A DNA stretch of 64,000 nucleotides, taken from Macrostomum lignano. Taxonomy: Eukaryota. The notes under the pieces are model-generated. The model was not told where the DNA came from and searched no databases. It saw nothing but the letters and a program-made list of their open reading frames with translations. Within the stretch, counting starts at the first letter, position 1. Each line of letters starts with the position of its first letter. The stretch covers positions 930,001 to 994,000 of the forward strand of contig NIVC01000027.1 of assembly GCA_002269645.1 (NCBI GenBank), read 5' to 3'. Below, in pieces: positions 12,119-24,141 of this stretch. The position numbers were made by a program, and so were the translations under genes.

Positions 12119-14334
12119 TGATGTAACCACGCTCTGGTCGCGGGATAGGGCATGGGAACTTTTTCGAAAGTGCCTCCTATCCCGTGCACCCTCTGCACAG
12201 AGCTGTCGAGACTCGGCCAGGTCTCCGACCGGGCCTGGAGACTCCCGCTCTGCTGCACCCCTCCTGCTGCCTTGGTCCCGTCTCTCCTGCCGCCACACCT
12301 GCCTTTCCGGAGCCCCTACCCCTTTCTGTACCTCCCCCTCTACCCTATCTCTTCTGTTCCCGCCCTATTCTTCCTGTACTTTCTCTACCTCCTCCTTTTT
12401 TTGTCTCCCTCTGCACTCTTTTCCTGCGCTGTCCCCTCTTTCCCTGTGTCTACTTACAGTACTTTGTGTGCTCACCGTCTCCCCATCCCCTCTCAAACTC
12501 CCAAACGGTGACGCAAGTCGTGTGACCCCTTCTCCCCCTCGGTGACTCATCGATGACTCATCCCCCTCTCTTGCGCAACCTTTTCTCACGCTATTGTTCT
12601 CCTTCCCAAATTTCTCATGTGACACCCACCCCACCTCCGCTTCTATTGTTCTCGTTTTTGCTTCTTTTGTTCTCTCGACCCCCACCAATTATCACATTTT
12701 CTCCGATTTTCTCTTTCTTTTGTTCTCGTTTTCGCACCTAATTATCACCTTTTCTCCAATGTTTACTTTTCCATTGTTCTCAGTTTTCCCCAATTATCCC
12801 CGATTTCCAATTCCTTTGTTCTCGACCCCAGCCCTATTGTTCTCAATGTTTGCTTGCGCAACACTTTCGCGACCACCCGCTGCGCCAATTATCCCCCACC
12901 CCACCTCCGGATTGCGCAATTTCCCGATTTCTCATGTTGCTATGCCGGTCTCATGCTTCTCATCATGACTCATTCTGACGTCATTCTGCCGGCAGCCAAT
13001 CAGAGAGAGGGAGCCATGGTAACGACCTTGAGGAGGCGGCTGTGAGGTCTATAAAAGGAAGCGATTTCGGCATGAGAATACTCAACTGAGTTTATCTCTG
13101 TTCCTCTCCTCGTCCTTCTTTGGACTTGCTGTCAGATTGAGTTCTGACCCATTCGTCTATAAGACGAATCCCTGCCGGTCCGCGGTCTGTTACCGCCAAG
13201 TTATCCTTAGCTCCCCAAGTGAGCTCGCCTATCGGCCAGCGGTCTGATACCGCCCAGCATCATCAGCATCGCCTGATCTACATCAGCGCCTCGTCGCTCC
13301 AGCGCATCGCCGCTTCACCGTCTGCCTGACTGCAGCCTACAGCCGCCCTCGGTCACTCCGCCTCTCTCTCTCTCTGTGCAGCGGCCGGTAAGTTCCTGCT
13401 ACTAATTTGTGCTCTAATTGCCTGTGCTTATCCGGGGTTTGCCTATTTTCCATTGTCTGATTAGAGAGCTGAGCCAATTGTGATACCGTATCTTTTGCTG
13501 TATTTTACTCAATAGTGAAGCCGCCTAATTGCCTGACTATTTGCCTAAGGGCCTAATTATTAACTATTAGCTAACTTCATCATTATTCAATCTTTCACCA
13601 TCATTTCACTCATGGCTTGCTAAGCCTTTCTCCCGGGGTGGCAAAGCATAAGGAAGTTTGGGTAAGCTAATGGCCTCTCCCCGTGCAAAGCCCGCCTGTG
13701 AGTGCGTGATGCGGGGCCGCGTGTGCGTGCAGTAGAGGGATTAGCGAGTCTTGGCACAGAATGGCAGTAGGAAGGTTGCAACCCCATGCTAACGCGTCCC
13801 TTCGCCCTGAGCAATCTAAACTGTAGACAGTACATGTTCGCCTCATACTACTCTTAGTAATCAAAGTCGCAAGTCAGCCTCGCTCACAGCCACAAAGGAT
13901 CCCCTGCTGAGAAATCCTCCAGGATTGAGCCCAGAGTTCCCGATCATGCCCCAAGCAGAGTCCCTGTACTCGGCTGCATGCGTCTCCCCTGTTAGCCTAA
14001 ATCCCCTGGTAACCAATCCAGGCGGGGCTCTAGCCTCGAGAGGTCTGGTAGAAAGATCCAGGTGCGCCAGGTCACATAGAGTGGTGGCAGCCACTCGGTC
14101 ATACCATGACCGAGTGACCAACTATTGCACCTTGGCTACAGGTGGGGTCCATGTGGGTCCTTGGCCCTCTGGTCACGAAGCGCTACCAAAGCTACTAATC
14201 ATGTGGGCGGGACAGTCTGGTGCTGGAGGTCCGTCAGGTCATTGCCCGGTCATAGGCAGCCTACGGTCATTGCCCCCTCTAGCCATGCGTTCGTCTCTCT
14301 ACGGAGCGGACAGGCGACAAGGGCGGTTACATCA
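12119..14334 (+). mobile_element. Solo-LTR-like element (2216 bp; Ty3/Gypsy-type termini)
   Basis: Begins TGATGTAACC and ends GGTTACATCA (10-bp perfect inverted ends, imperfect to ~24 bp). Flanked by 4-bp direct repeat AAAC (12115-12118, 14335-14338). Internal Pol II promoter; no transposase or RT ORF. Confidence 0.7.
12966..13057 (+). promoter_or_regulatory. LTR-type core promoter: AP-1, CRE, CCAAT and TATA motifs
   Basis: TGACTCA 12966-12972, TGACGTCA 12976-12983, CCAAT 12996-13000, TATAAAAG 13050-13057; further TGACTCA at 12543 and 12554; downstream donor G|GTAAGT at 13388. Confidence 0.55.
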
Positions 14335-14409
14335 AAACCAAGTGCCATTTCAAGGACTAATAGACTTATTTTTTACTTGAATTGGTTGACTTTAAGTCAT
14401 ATTAATGCG

Positions 14410-14710
14410 GGTGTCACCTGCACCCAATCACAGTGTCACCTGCACTAATAACAGTGTCACCTGCACCAATCATAGTGTCACCTGCACCAATCACAGTGTC
14501 ACCTGCACCAATCACAGTGTCACCTGCACCAATCACAGTGTCACCTGCACCAATCACAGTGTCACCTGCACCAATCACAGTGTCACCTGCACCAATCACA
14601 GTGTCACCTGCACCAATCACAGTGTCACCTGCACCAATCACAGTGTCACCTGCACCAATCACAGTGTCACCTGCACCAATCACAGTGTCACCTGCACCAA
14701 TCACATTGTC
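14410..14710. repeat. 21-bp minisatellite (~14 copies)
   Basis: Unit gtgtcacctgcaccaatcaca. Confidence 0.95.
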
Positions 14711-15253
14711 ACCTACTGTATTCAACAGGTCATATTGAACAGGAAACATGTTGAATCGTATTAGACAGATATGAAGGCCTTCGGTGAGACAGCAGAAGTA
14801 TCCATACAACACTTCTAACGTCGGCACACGTAACCAAACTATGTCGTAGCTTATGACAAATGTATAAGAGCAGCACTCCAGCAAAGATGTTGTTGTTGAA
14901 AACTTTATGTCGCCCTTTGAGTAGCTGGCGCACTCACTGGAGTCGCTGAAGCTGCCGTTTTGCAGCATGGTGCTCAGCTGCTGGGTGTTGGCATGGTAAC
15001 AGGCTGACTTGGCTCCTGAGAAGTGCATCACTGAGCAGAGCTCAGACATGACGCATTTCGTGGCGCACCCGACCAGATCGTTGTCAGACGGTATGGAGGT
15101 CAACTCTGGCAGGCTTGAGTCGGATGGACACCTGCTGATCAGCTTCAGGACCGACAGTCGCTGCTCAGAGAGCGCCACCTTCGGCAGCGTCAGCATGACT
15201 GCCACGATGAAGAACTAAATATTTAGCCTGAGTGTTGTTGTCAAGCTAGGCAT
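14414..15253 (-). pseudogene. PAN-like/LamG family paralog 1, disabled
   Basis: N-terminus homologous to 18340-19371 (LPKVALSEQRL..CATKCVMSELC..CYHANTQQL). In-frame TAG at 15217-15215 inside the signal peptide, where paralog 2 has GAG. No LamG domain; the frame runs into the 21-bp repeat. Confidence 0.65.
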
Positions 15254-16002
15254 AACAAAATATACACGAATAACAGGCATCAGTCTCCTGTAAACCCAAG
15301 TGTGGGCTGCCGATCTTCTTGTAGAGACGCGCAAAAAAGCTTGCACGAGTATTACAGAGTCTAATGCGGTACTAGTGCTGATGACTTCAGAATATTACAT
15401 GCTATTATTTGCATGTAAAGAAAGCACATTCGTCAGCAATACTCTACTTATAGTAATACCACGTGAAAAAGAGAATGCAGATCATTCTCGTATCGTTAAG
15501 TAACCGGTTTTCAGTAAGCTTCTCTTGCGAATTGTAAATATGGTAAATGTTAACCCAACAATAACCCTAAATCTCATTCACAAAGCTCCACCTCTCAGAC
15601 GTCAAAATTACTTTCGTTCTTATAGGTTAAGCCAACTTGTGTACAAATGTAAGCCCAAACTGCTGAAATCCCTGACAAAAAAGAGCTGGATAAGGATAGA
15701 ACAGATAAGAACACATCCCTGAAAGAAGATTTTACCATAATAAGTTCAATGATTATCCATTGACGCTGATTACGAAACAACTATCCCAACACAGATTCTG
15801 ATTCTGAGACTTATAGAAGACGCCATTTTTGAGCACCCGGATTTCTGTCAGCAAATTGTTAGGGCGCAATCTTGCGGTTGCGGTTGGTTCAAGTAAAGAG
15901 TTCGATGACGTTAATCCTCTTGGTAAATTAAATCGTTCTCTTATTAGACAACTGAACATTTAGAAGAAGTGGCTGGGATTTCGTGCGTTTAGAGACTAGA
16001 TT

Positions 16003-16003
<1 letters not shown>

Positions 16004-16071
<68 letters not shown>
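16004..16071. repeat. (CT)n microsatellite
   Basis: Directly visible. Confidence 0.97.
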
Positions 16072-16078
<7 letters not shown>

Positions 16079-16699
16079 AAATTAATATCGTCCTATCTCG
16101 GATACCTTTGCTTAAACTGGTTGCTATGGAGCGGATATAAACAGTGTACTGGTAATGTACACCAGTAGAAATGGAAGAAGGAACGAGGGGCTGCAAGTAC
16201 GAGAGAAAGTGGCTTCAGTGACTCACTTGTGATGACACTCTATTCTTATCTCTTACTTGAGATACATTTAACGATGATAGAAAGTCGTCATTGTCTTTAA
16301 CGATGGATGGCTCCCTCTCGCAAAGTCGTTTTTTGAAGAAAAAAATCCTTCGTCTGAGTTCCTAAAAAGAATGCATACGCGCAGTTGAATTGTTCCTGAC
16401 CATCGGGACGTGTCAGCAAGGCAGACACGCGAGTGAGTAAAACTTTACTCTCAGCAGCTGTTGGGGAAGTCTTCTTAGCTTGGGCTTGCGACGTGTGCCT
16501 GCGGCGCCAGCCGCCTTCCTCAGTAGTAAAAATCCTCTTAGAGAAGGCTTCCCTAGGGACTGAGACAGTGTCTTTTGTCGAGCGATCTGACTACTCCGTT
16601 TTCTAACAGCTTGAGGGAATTTTAGGAGGTTTAGAATTCACGAAAGAACAGAATCCAAAGCTGAAATTCAGTGTGAGCTTTCTGATTTCCAAAGTTACG

Positions 16700-17140
16700 G
16701 AACAAATAGGGGCGCCCTCCAAGAGACAGGGGCGCCGACCAAGAGACAAGGGCACCGACCAAGAGACAAGGGCACCGACCAAGAGACAGGGGCACCGACC
16801 AAGAGACAAGGGCACCGACCAAGAGACAGGGGCGCCCACCAAGAGACAGGGGCGCCGACCAAGAGACAAGGGCACCGGCCAAGAGACAGGGGCACCGACC
16901 AAGAGACAGGGGCACCGACCAAGAGACAAGGGCACCGACCAAGAGACAGGGGCGCCGACCAAGAGACAGGGGCACCGACCAAGAGACAAGGGCACCGACC
17001 AAAAGACAAGGGCACCGACCAAGAGACAGGGGCACTGACCAAGAGACAGGGGCACCGACCAAGAGACAAAGGCACCGACCAAGAGACAGGGGCGCCGACC
17101 AAGAGACAGGGGCACCGACCAAGAGACAGGGGCGCCCTCA
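16700..17140. repeat. 21-bp minisatellite (~20 copies)
   Basis: Unit ccaagagacaggggcaccgac. Confidence 0.95.
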
Positions 17141-17611
17141 TGATTGCGACATCTCCAATTAAAAATCATAAATTCATAAATAGAAATGCGCAGTATCATT
17201 TATAATAAAAGATTCTTCAGCTGAACTTTACCAGATACGACGTATATAGATCTGAAAAATGTTTAAAGTTTATATTTTAAAGAAATGGTTCAATAAATTT
17301 AAAATTTGGGCTTGCTGTTAAAACTCCTACTATACTGTACTGCATCAGTTATTGCGTAATCAGTTTAGAAAAAGCAGTGAATCTGGTTTTGCTAATTAAA
17401 AACATGTAGAAAAAGCAATTACTGCTTGAATAGTACAGCTGAGGTGTTTAACTTGCAAAATAGTAACACTTGGATAAGGATATAGCAGAAAAGATACTTG
17501 GATTTAGATGCATGTCATTAGTTGACAATAAATATGGAATTTTTTATTCTAAATTACACATTATAACAAGAAGCAATTGTATCAAGCCAAAAATATCAGT
17601 AACAAAGTCTC

Positions 17612-17990
17612 TACTGCCATAGACAGCACTCTCCATATTCTCCGCTGCCATAGACAGCACTCTCCATATTCCCCCGCTGCCATAGACAGCACTCTCCATA
17701 TTCCCCCGCTGCCATACACAGCACTCTCCATATTCCCCCGCTGCCATACACAGCACTCTCCATATTCCCCCGCTGCCATAGACAGCACTCTCCATATTCC
17801 CCCGCTGCCATAGACAGCACTCTCCATATTCCCCCGCTGCCATAGACAGCACTCTCCATATTCCCCCGCTGCCATAGACAGCACTCTCCATATTCCCCCG
17901 CTGCCATAGACAGCACTCTCCATATTCCCCCGCTGCCATAGACAGCACTCTCCATATTCTCCCCGCTGCCATAGACAGCACTCTCCATTT
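17612..17990. repeat. 32-bp minisatellite (~11 copies)
   Basis: Unit gctgccatagacagcactctccatattccccc at 17644, 17676, 17708, ... Confidence 0.95.
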
Positions 17991-18339
17991 TCTCAGATGA
18001 TTGATACAAGCAACAAGTTTGCCTGTTCACTTTCTTTCATAAGACAAACACCCGTGATTTCTAATCCCGAGATCTGGACTTACTTGCACGGTATCTCTGA
18101 TGAATGCAGGCTAATAAAAGTTAACATTAATGCTGGTTTGCTGTCCATAATTTCAGCTTAAATTTGATAAGTTAACCCATTCTGATTTTTTTGACAAAAT
18201 TCTCTTAACTTTGATACAGAATCTCTCGTATATACAGTATTGACATAGGGCCATGGCTTGATTGACTGGGTTTGATAAACTTTATAGATTAGATAGCATT
18301 GATAGCATTTCTAAACAGCCATAAAGTTCATTGCTCGCT

Positions 18340-19371
18340 CTAGCAGAAGCTGTCCAGCTGCCGCAGCTCCGTCTCGGTGAGCGCCTCCTTGGCGATGGCG
18401 TAACAAATCATTCGGCCGTGAAGGGCGTCGCCTTTAGCAGGCCAGTTGCCTAGTCGCAGACAGATGGGGGAGCTAGAAAGTATTAAATCATAATTATCTC
18501 CAAGGCCGATGAAGGATCCATTGAAATAAAGTGTAGAAAGGCTTCCAGCACTGAAGACGGCCCCAGCTGAGACCAGCTGAGGAGTGCTGTCGATCGAAAC
18601 CAATACTGTGCTGCTCAAGCGAGAGACAGAAGCCGAATCGGAGAGTACGTAAGCGATGCCTAGTCTACCCTTCCGGTCGCCAAATAGCCCACCGGCATTG
18701 ATATTTTGCGTGCAGTCATGGAAACAGTGATAGGCTTGATTAACACTTGTTTGACGTGTCAGTTTAGTATAGAATGTAAAGTTATTGGCAGCCGTCAGGA
18801 AAGTTGATACAAGCGTTGCGTTATCATTGTCCACCTCAATGTAGTCGTCAGTACTGCCTCCTGAAAAATGGGCACCCTGGGAGTCCCGAGTGACAGAGCC
18901 GCTAGGAGTGGCCAGGTACTTATCTGGATTCACCAGGTTTTTGTAGCTCTTCCTGAAGTCGAACAGAATGAGCAGTTTCGAAAGTAGAGTTGCCGATAGC
19001 TCGGTGGGTGGAGCTTCAGTTGTCGTTGGCAGCTCCACGTCGCCCTTGGAGTAGCTGGCGCACTCGCTGGACTCACCAGAGCCGTTGTTCTGCAGCATGG
19101 CGCTCAGCTGCTGGGTGTTGGCGTGGTAACAGACAGACTGGACTCCGGAGAAGTGCATCACCAAACAGAGCTCCGACATGACGCATTTTATAGCGCACTC
19201 GAACAGGTCGCTGGCAGACGGTACGGAGGTCAACTCTTGCAGGCTTGAGTCGGATGGACACCTGCTGATCAGCTTCAGGGCTGGCAGTCGCTGCTCAGAG
19301 AGCGCCACCTGCGGCAGCATCAGCATGGCTGCCACGACAAAGTAGAACTCGCTATTTAGCCTGAGTCTCAT
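18340..19371 (-). CDS. Secreted protein: signal peptide, PAN/apple-like Cys module, Thr/Pro linker, ConA-like/LamG-type domain (paralog 2, intact, 343 aa)
   Basis: Single ORF. Hydrophobic leader FYFVVAAMLMLPQVALS; Cys pattern ECAIKCVMSELCLVMHF..VCY; beta-rich C-terminal domain NFTFYTKL..LRLGNW..LHGRMICYAIAKEALTETELRQL resembles LamG-3/pentraxin folds. Domain names come from pattern recognition, not a search. Confidence 0.7.
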   Translation of the reverse strand: MRLRLNSEFYFVVAAMLMLPQVALSEQRLPALKLISRCPSDSSLQELTSVPSASDLFECAIKCVMSELCLVMHFSGVQSVCYHANTQQLSAMLQNNGSGESSECASYSKGDVELPTTTEAPPTELSATLLSKLLILFDFRKSYKNLVNPDKYLATPSGSVTRDSQGAHFSGGSTDDYIEVDNDNATLVSTFLTAANNFTFYTKLTRQTSVNQAYHCFHDCTQNINAGGLFGDRKGRLGIAYVLSDSASVSRLSSTVLVSIDSTPQLVSAGAVFSAGSLSTLYFNGSFIGLGDNYDLILSSSPICLRLGNWPAKGDALHGRMICYAIAKEALTETELRQLDSFC

Positions 19372-19559
19372 TGTAAACGGAGTTAATAGAATAATATAGG
19401 TTTTCAGAAACTTTTTTAGAAGCCGCTGAGCAAGGTGTCTGTTTCCTAGTGTGGGATGTCACTCCTTCCAGTGGTCTTTGGAGTAGGGTGACGAATTATT
19501 TTCATCTCAGATTCTCAAACCGGTTTCTATGAAGCGTTTGATAACAGTGGCTTCTTATT

Positions 19560-19900
19560 GGTTGGAGAGAAGACAGACGGGTAGCGCGGGCTCTAATCAA
19601 ACACAGGTAGAATCGACGGTACTGTACACTAAGTGGCGCAACTTGTGAACAATGGAACCTGGGTTAGAGCTGTCTTTCTTGGAAAAGTAGCAGGGGAAGA
19701 CACCTGTTGAAAGTGTTTTACCACGGGCTAAGGAGGTAAGTAACAAAAATCAATTATCGCTGACTGTAGGATGCAGCTTTTCTTATTGAAAGTTAACTCT
19801 TTAGAGAAGTCAATGAAGCTAGTAATTGTCTCTCGCTACTGCTGAGTGTTGGTTGGCTTGTCGAGAGAGAGAGCTTGAGTGCGTACGCCTGTATCCCAGT
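19560..19900 (-). mobile_element. Highly degenerate non-LTR retrotransposon RT remnant
   Basis: Broken frames give GYRRTHS and SFIDFSKE, resembling RT GFR..HS and FIDFSKAFD motifs; stops and frameshifts present. Confidence 0.3.
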
Positions 19901-20229
19901 GCCAGTGTTGCAGAAGACTCATTCTGCTCTCCTTAAAAGCTGTTTGTCGTCGGGAACAGAGGGTGTCAAAAATGAGCTCAAAAAGTCGACAGAAAGCTAC
20001 GATTCAGTTTGACTTTTAATTGCATGCAATATGAGTGTAGTGTGGCTGAGTTTCTGATTCAGTTGATGATTTTTGCAGTAGTGTAATAGTAGGTATTGCA
20101 TGCTGTAGTATAAAGTGGCGTTCATTCTACCACGACTGTTTTTAGTGACCGGTGACCAGTGTGTTGACAGAAAACCATTGCTATAAATTGAAACTATATC
20201 AATACTACTCATAGTAGCTAAAATAGTGG

Positions 20230-21030
20230 TCACCCTACACCTTGCTGATTCCATGCCTAATCTCACACGACATCTGGCTGATTCCGTCTCTAATCTCAGC
20301 CTACACCTTGCTGATCCATGCCTAATCTCACACTACATCTGGCTGATTTCGTCTCTAATCTCACCCTACACCTTGCTGATTACGTCTCTAATCTCACCCT
20401 ACACCTTGCTGATTCCGTCTCTAATCTCACCCTACACCTTGCCGATTCCATCTCTAATCTCACACTACATCTGGTTAATTCCATCTCTGATCTCATCCTA
20501 CATCTGACTGATTCCATTTCTAATCTCATGCAACATCTAGATGATTCCATATCTAATCTCATGCAACATCTAGATGATTCTATATCTAATCTCATGCAAC
20601 ATCTAGATGATTCTATATCTAATCTCATGTAACATCTTGATGATTCCATATCTAATCTCATGCTAAATCTAGATGATTCCATATCTAATCTCATGCTACA
20701 TCTAGATGATTCCATATCTAATCTCATGCTACATCTAGATGATTCCATATCTAATCTCATGCTACATCTAGATGATTCCATATCTAATCTCATGCTACAT
20801 CTAGATGATTCTATATTTAATCTCATGCAACATCTAGATGATTCCATATCTAATCTCATGCAACATGTAGATGATTCCAAACTAATCTCATGCAACATCT
20901 ATATGATTTCATATCTAATCTCATGCAACATCTAGATGATTCCATATCTAATCTCATGCAACATCTAGATGATTCTATATCTAATGTCATGCAACATCTA
21001 GATGATTCTATATCTAATCTCATGCAACAT
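20230..21030. repeat. 33-bp minisatellite (~24 copies) with a sequence gradient along the array
   Basis: Unit atctaatctcatgctacatctagatgattccat; contains the palindrome CATCTAGATG. Confidence 0.95.
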
Positions 21031-21489
21031 CTACCGCTTTCCACCTTATCGACAAGCTACCTGCTATAGGCACTGTTTGCTTTTTTAGGCTCATGCTTCG
21101 GGATCATCAGAAACAAGGTTTAGAGATGAGAACAAACGTGAACTTCTGAGATTCTCAAAAAAGTTAGGAAATATATAGAGAATGATTCTGTTATTTTTAA
21201 ATAAAAAACAGGAGTAAGATTTAGAAACAAGAGATCCGATTCTCGCAAGTATGCCCTACTGGTATTTACTATATTAAACCAAATCACACGAATTGTATTG
21301 AGAATCAGGGAGTAGATTTATCTAAACTCACAAACTTCAACTCTTATCGATTCTTGACGATAATAAGTGAAAAAAAATAATAGGAAAAAACTGAACAAGC
21401 TGACATCACAGAGTTTAATAACTAATCAATTGATTACTTGGACTAAGTTTGTTGCACTGCTGGAGCAGTTATTTGATACAAGAGACAGG

Positions 21490-21960
21490 GGGAGCTGATG
21501 GAATGCAATAGTAGACTTTGAGAAAGGGTGAGATGCAATAGGAGACATTGGGAGAGGGTGGGATGCAATGGGAGATATTGGGAGAGGGTGGGATGCAATA
21601 GGAGATATTAGGAGAGGGTGAGATGCAATAGGAGATATTAGGAGAGGGTGAGATGCAATGGGAGATATTGGGAGTGGGTGAGATGCAATGGGAGACATCG
21701 GGGGAGGGTGGGATGCAATGGGAGATATTAGGAGAGGGTGAGATGCAAAATGAGATATTGGGAGAGGGTGGGATACAATTGGAGACCTTAGGAGAGGCTT
21801 AGGTGCAATGGGAGATGACTTTGGGAGAGGGTGAGATGCAATTTGAGACATTGGGAGAGGGTGAGATGCAATAAGAGACATTGGGAGAGGGTGGGTTGCA
21901 ATTTGAGACAGTGTGAGACGGTGGATGCAATAAGAGACAGTAGAAGGTTATGGGATGCAG
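21490..21960. repeat. 30-bp purine-rich minisatellite (~15 copies)
   Basis: Unit gggagagggtgagatgcaataggagacatt. Confidence 0.93.
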
Positions 21961-21997
21961 TGATAAAGAACATAAAAGTACATGTCAAGGAATTGAT

Positions 21998-22270
21998 GGC
22001 CGTAGTCTAGTGGTCTCACGCGGCGCTCTTATGTGTCAGGGACCCCAGGCTCGATTTCAGGTGCAGTCACATTAATTTGGGGCTAAATTGGAGTCTCGGC
22101 TTGAGGGCCGACCCTCAAAGCACAGTGAAGTGTACATGTCGAACAATAAATAAAGCTAGGGCCGCTGTACACTCCCGTGTGCGTGTGCGCCTGCTCAGAG
22201 GAGTCGGCGGCATGGGCAGTAATGCCTGTCGCCGGTTGTGCGACAATGTCGCCTAAAGTTCGTCAGGGTT
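21998..22270 (+). mobile_element. tRNA-derived SINE family A, with head
   Basis: Head ggccgtagtctagtggt (A box) .. ccaggctcgattt (B box), followed by the body shared with the 1404 and 27525 copies. Confidence 0.75.
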
Positions 22271-22344
22271 CCTGCCTCATGTCAACATGTCAGAGAATCG
22301 CAGAGATGGTGGACTGTTCAGTCTCTCGATCATAATCAATCAGT

Positions 22345-23450
22345 TTAAACGCTCTGGCAGAAGCTGTCCAGCTGCTGCAACTCCGTCTCGGTGAGCGCCT
22401 CTTTGGCGATGGCATAGCAGATCATGCGGCCCCGAAGGGCACCGCTACTGTCAACCCAGTAGCCGAGTAGCAGGCTAACGGGAAAACCTTGGGGGTGCAT
22501 CGTCGAAGCGAGTCCGTCGCCAATAAATGATCCATCGAAATAAAATGTGGTAAGAGTTCCTGCATTGAAGACGGCTCCAACGGACACCAGCTGCACAGTG
22601 TTGTCGGCTAACATTATAGCTGAGCCGGTCAACTGGGACACCTTCACAGAAGCGGAGGACACGTGATCGACGCCAAGACGACCATTCTGATCAAAGAAAA
22701 GACCAGAGCCGACCGCTCCCATCTCGCTCAAAAAAAAGTGATAGTTTTGCGCATTGGTTGTTTGACGGGTCAGCCTGGCGAAGAAGGTAAAGTCATTGGC
22801 AGCTGTCAGGAAGCCGGACACAAGCGTGTCGTTGTCGTTGTCAACATGGATGAAGTCGCTAGGATGGCCTCGAAAATGGGCACCCTGAGAGTCCCAAGTG
22901 ACAGAGCCGTTCGGAGTGGCCAGGTACTTATCTGGGTTCACCAGGTTTGTGTAGCCCTGTCTGAAGTCGAACAGAATGAGCAGTTTCGAAGTTAGATTTG
23001 AGCTCATGCCAGCAATTTGAGGGACCGCAGAACTGGTTGTCGCAGTTTGAGCTGGAGCCGTCGGAGCGGTGGTTGGAGCTTCAGTTGTCGTTGGCTCGGT
23101 GGTTGAAGCTTCAGATAGCGTTGGCAGCTCCTTGGAGTAGCTGGCGCACTCGCTGGACTCACCCGAGCCGTTGTTCTGCAGCATGGCGCTCAGCTGCTGG
23201 GTGCTGGCATGGTAACAGACAGACTGGGCTCCGGAGAAGTGCATCACTGAGCAGAGCTCCGACATGACGCATTTTATAGCGCACTCGAACAGGTAGACGT
23301 TACGGAGGTCAACTCTGGCAGGCTCGAGTCGGATGGACACCTGCTGATCAGCTTCAGGGCTGGCAGTCGCTGCTCAGAAAGCGCCACCTGCGGCAGCGTC
23401 AGCATGGCTGCCAGGATGCAGCAGAACTCCCTTGTTTGCGTCAGCCGCAT
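22345..23450 (-). pseudogene. PAN-like/LamG family paralog 3, frameshifted
   Basis: Start MRLTQTREFCCILAAMLTLPQVALS at 23450. Relative to paralog 2, 7 bp (gccagcg) are missing near 23295, shifting the frame. The downstream frame (22345-23290) still encodes the full PAN-like and LamG-type domains. Confidence 0.7.
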
Positions 23451-24141
23451 TTCCATTTCATCCGTCAAGGCAGTCGAAGTTCGTGAATATTTTGATAGCT
23501 CGTCACCAGCAGCGGCCGACACGTGCCTGATTTTTATAAATCTGTCCCATCTCCGATGCTCAAACCTGTTGCTATGGAGCAACCGAAAACAGTTTATTCT
23601 ATTGGCTTGAAAGATGAGAGAACGGATGCTTACGCACTCTGCTACCTGTACAAGTGGTGAGAGTATTGGCTACTTGATCAAGAGCAGAGTGTGCGAGGTC
23701 AGGAAGCCTTCCATCCCAGGCACCGGAATCAGGGATGAAGGAATCTGCTGGCACGCAAAAATTGACAAAAAGCATCGGCTGCGTTTTTGTTAAAAATGGA
23801 AAACAAGTCATTGTTGCTGACCGTTGGACTGCGTCAGCGACAGGCAAAAAAGTCTTTACAATACTCAGTGGCAGTTCAGTCTCACTAAAGCCACTCATGC
23901 AGCAGAAGTAGAAATGCAACAGCCATCCAGCTAGAGCAGCTACCAGAATCAACTCCACTGAGCACATTTCACAACCTGGAGATTGCCTCTCTGGTATATT
24001 GCAACAAACTGCCATGCTTCGGTGGAAACTTCGCCGGTTAGAAATATTTAAACTTTTTGCAAACACAACTGCTATCATGTGATCCGCTATACGAATAGCT
24101 GAGGCCGTTAAGATATTCTCACGATCGGTTGATTTTTATGC

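Noticed and set aside
13620-14380. gag/pol ORFs inside the LTR-like element
   Set aside because: Short ORFs without zinc knuckle, protease, RT or integrase motifs.
23599-24078. 159-aa ORF upstream of paralog 3
   Set aside because: Non-ATG start and no recognisable motifs or codon bias.
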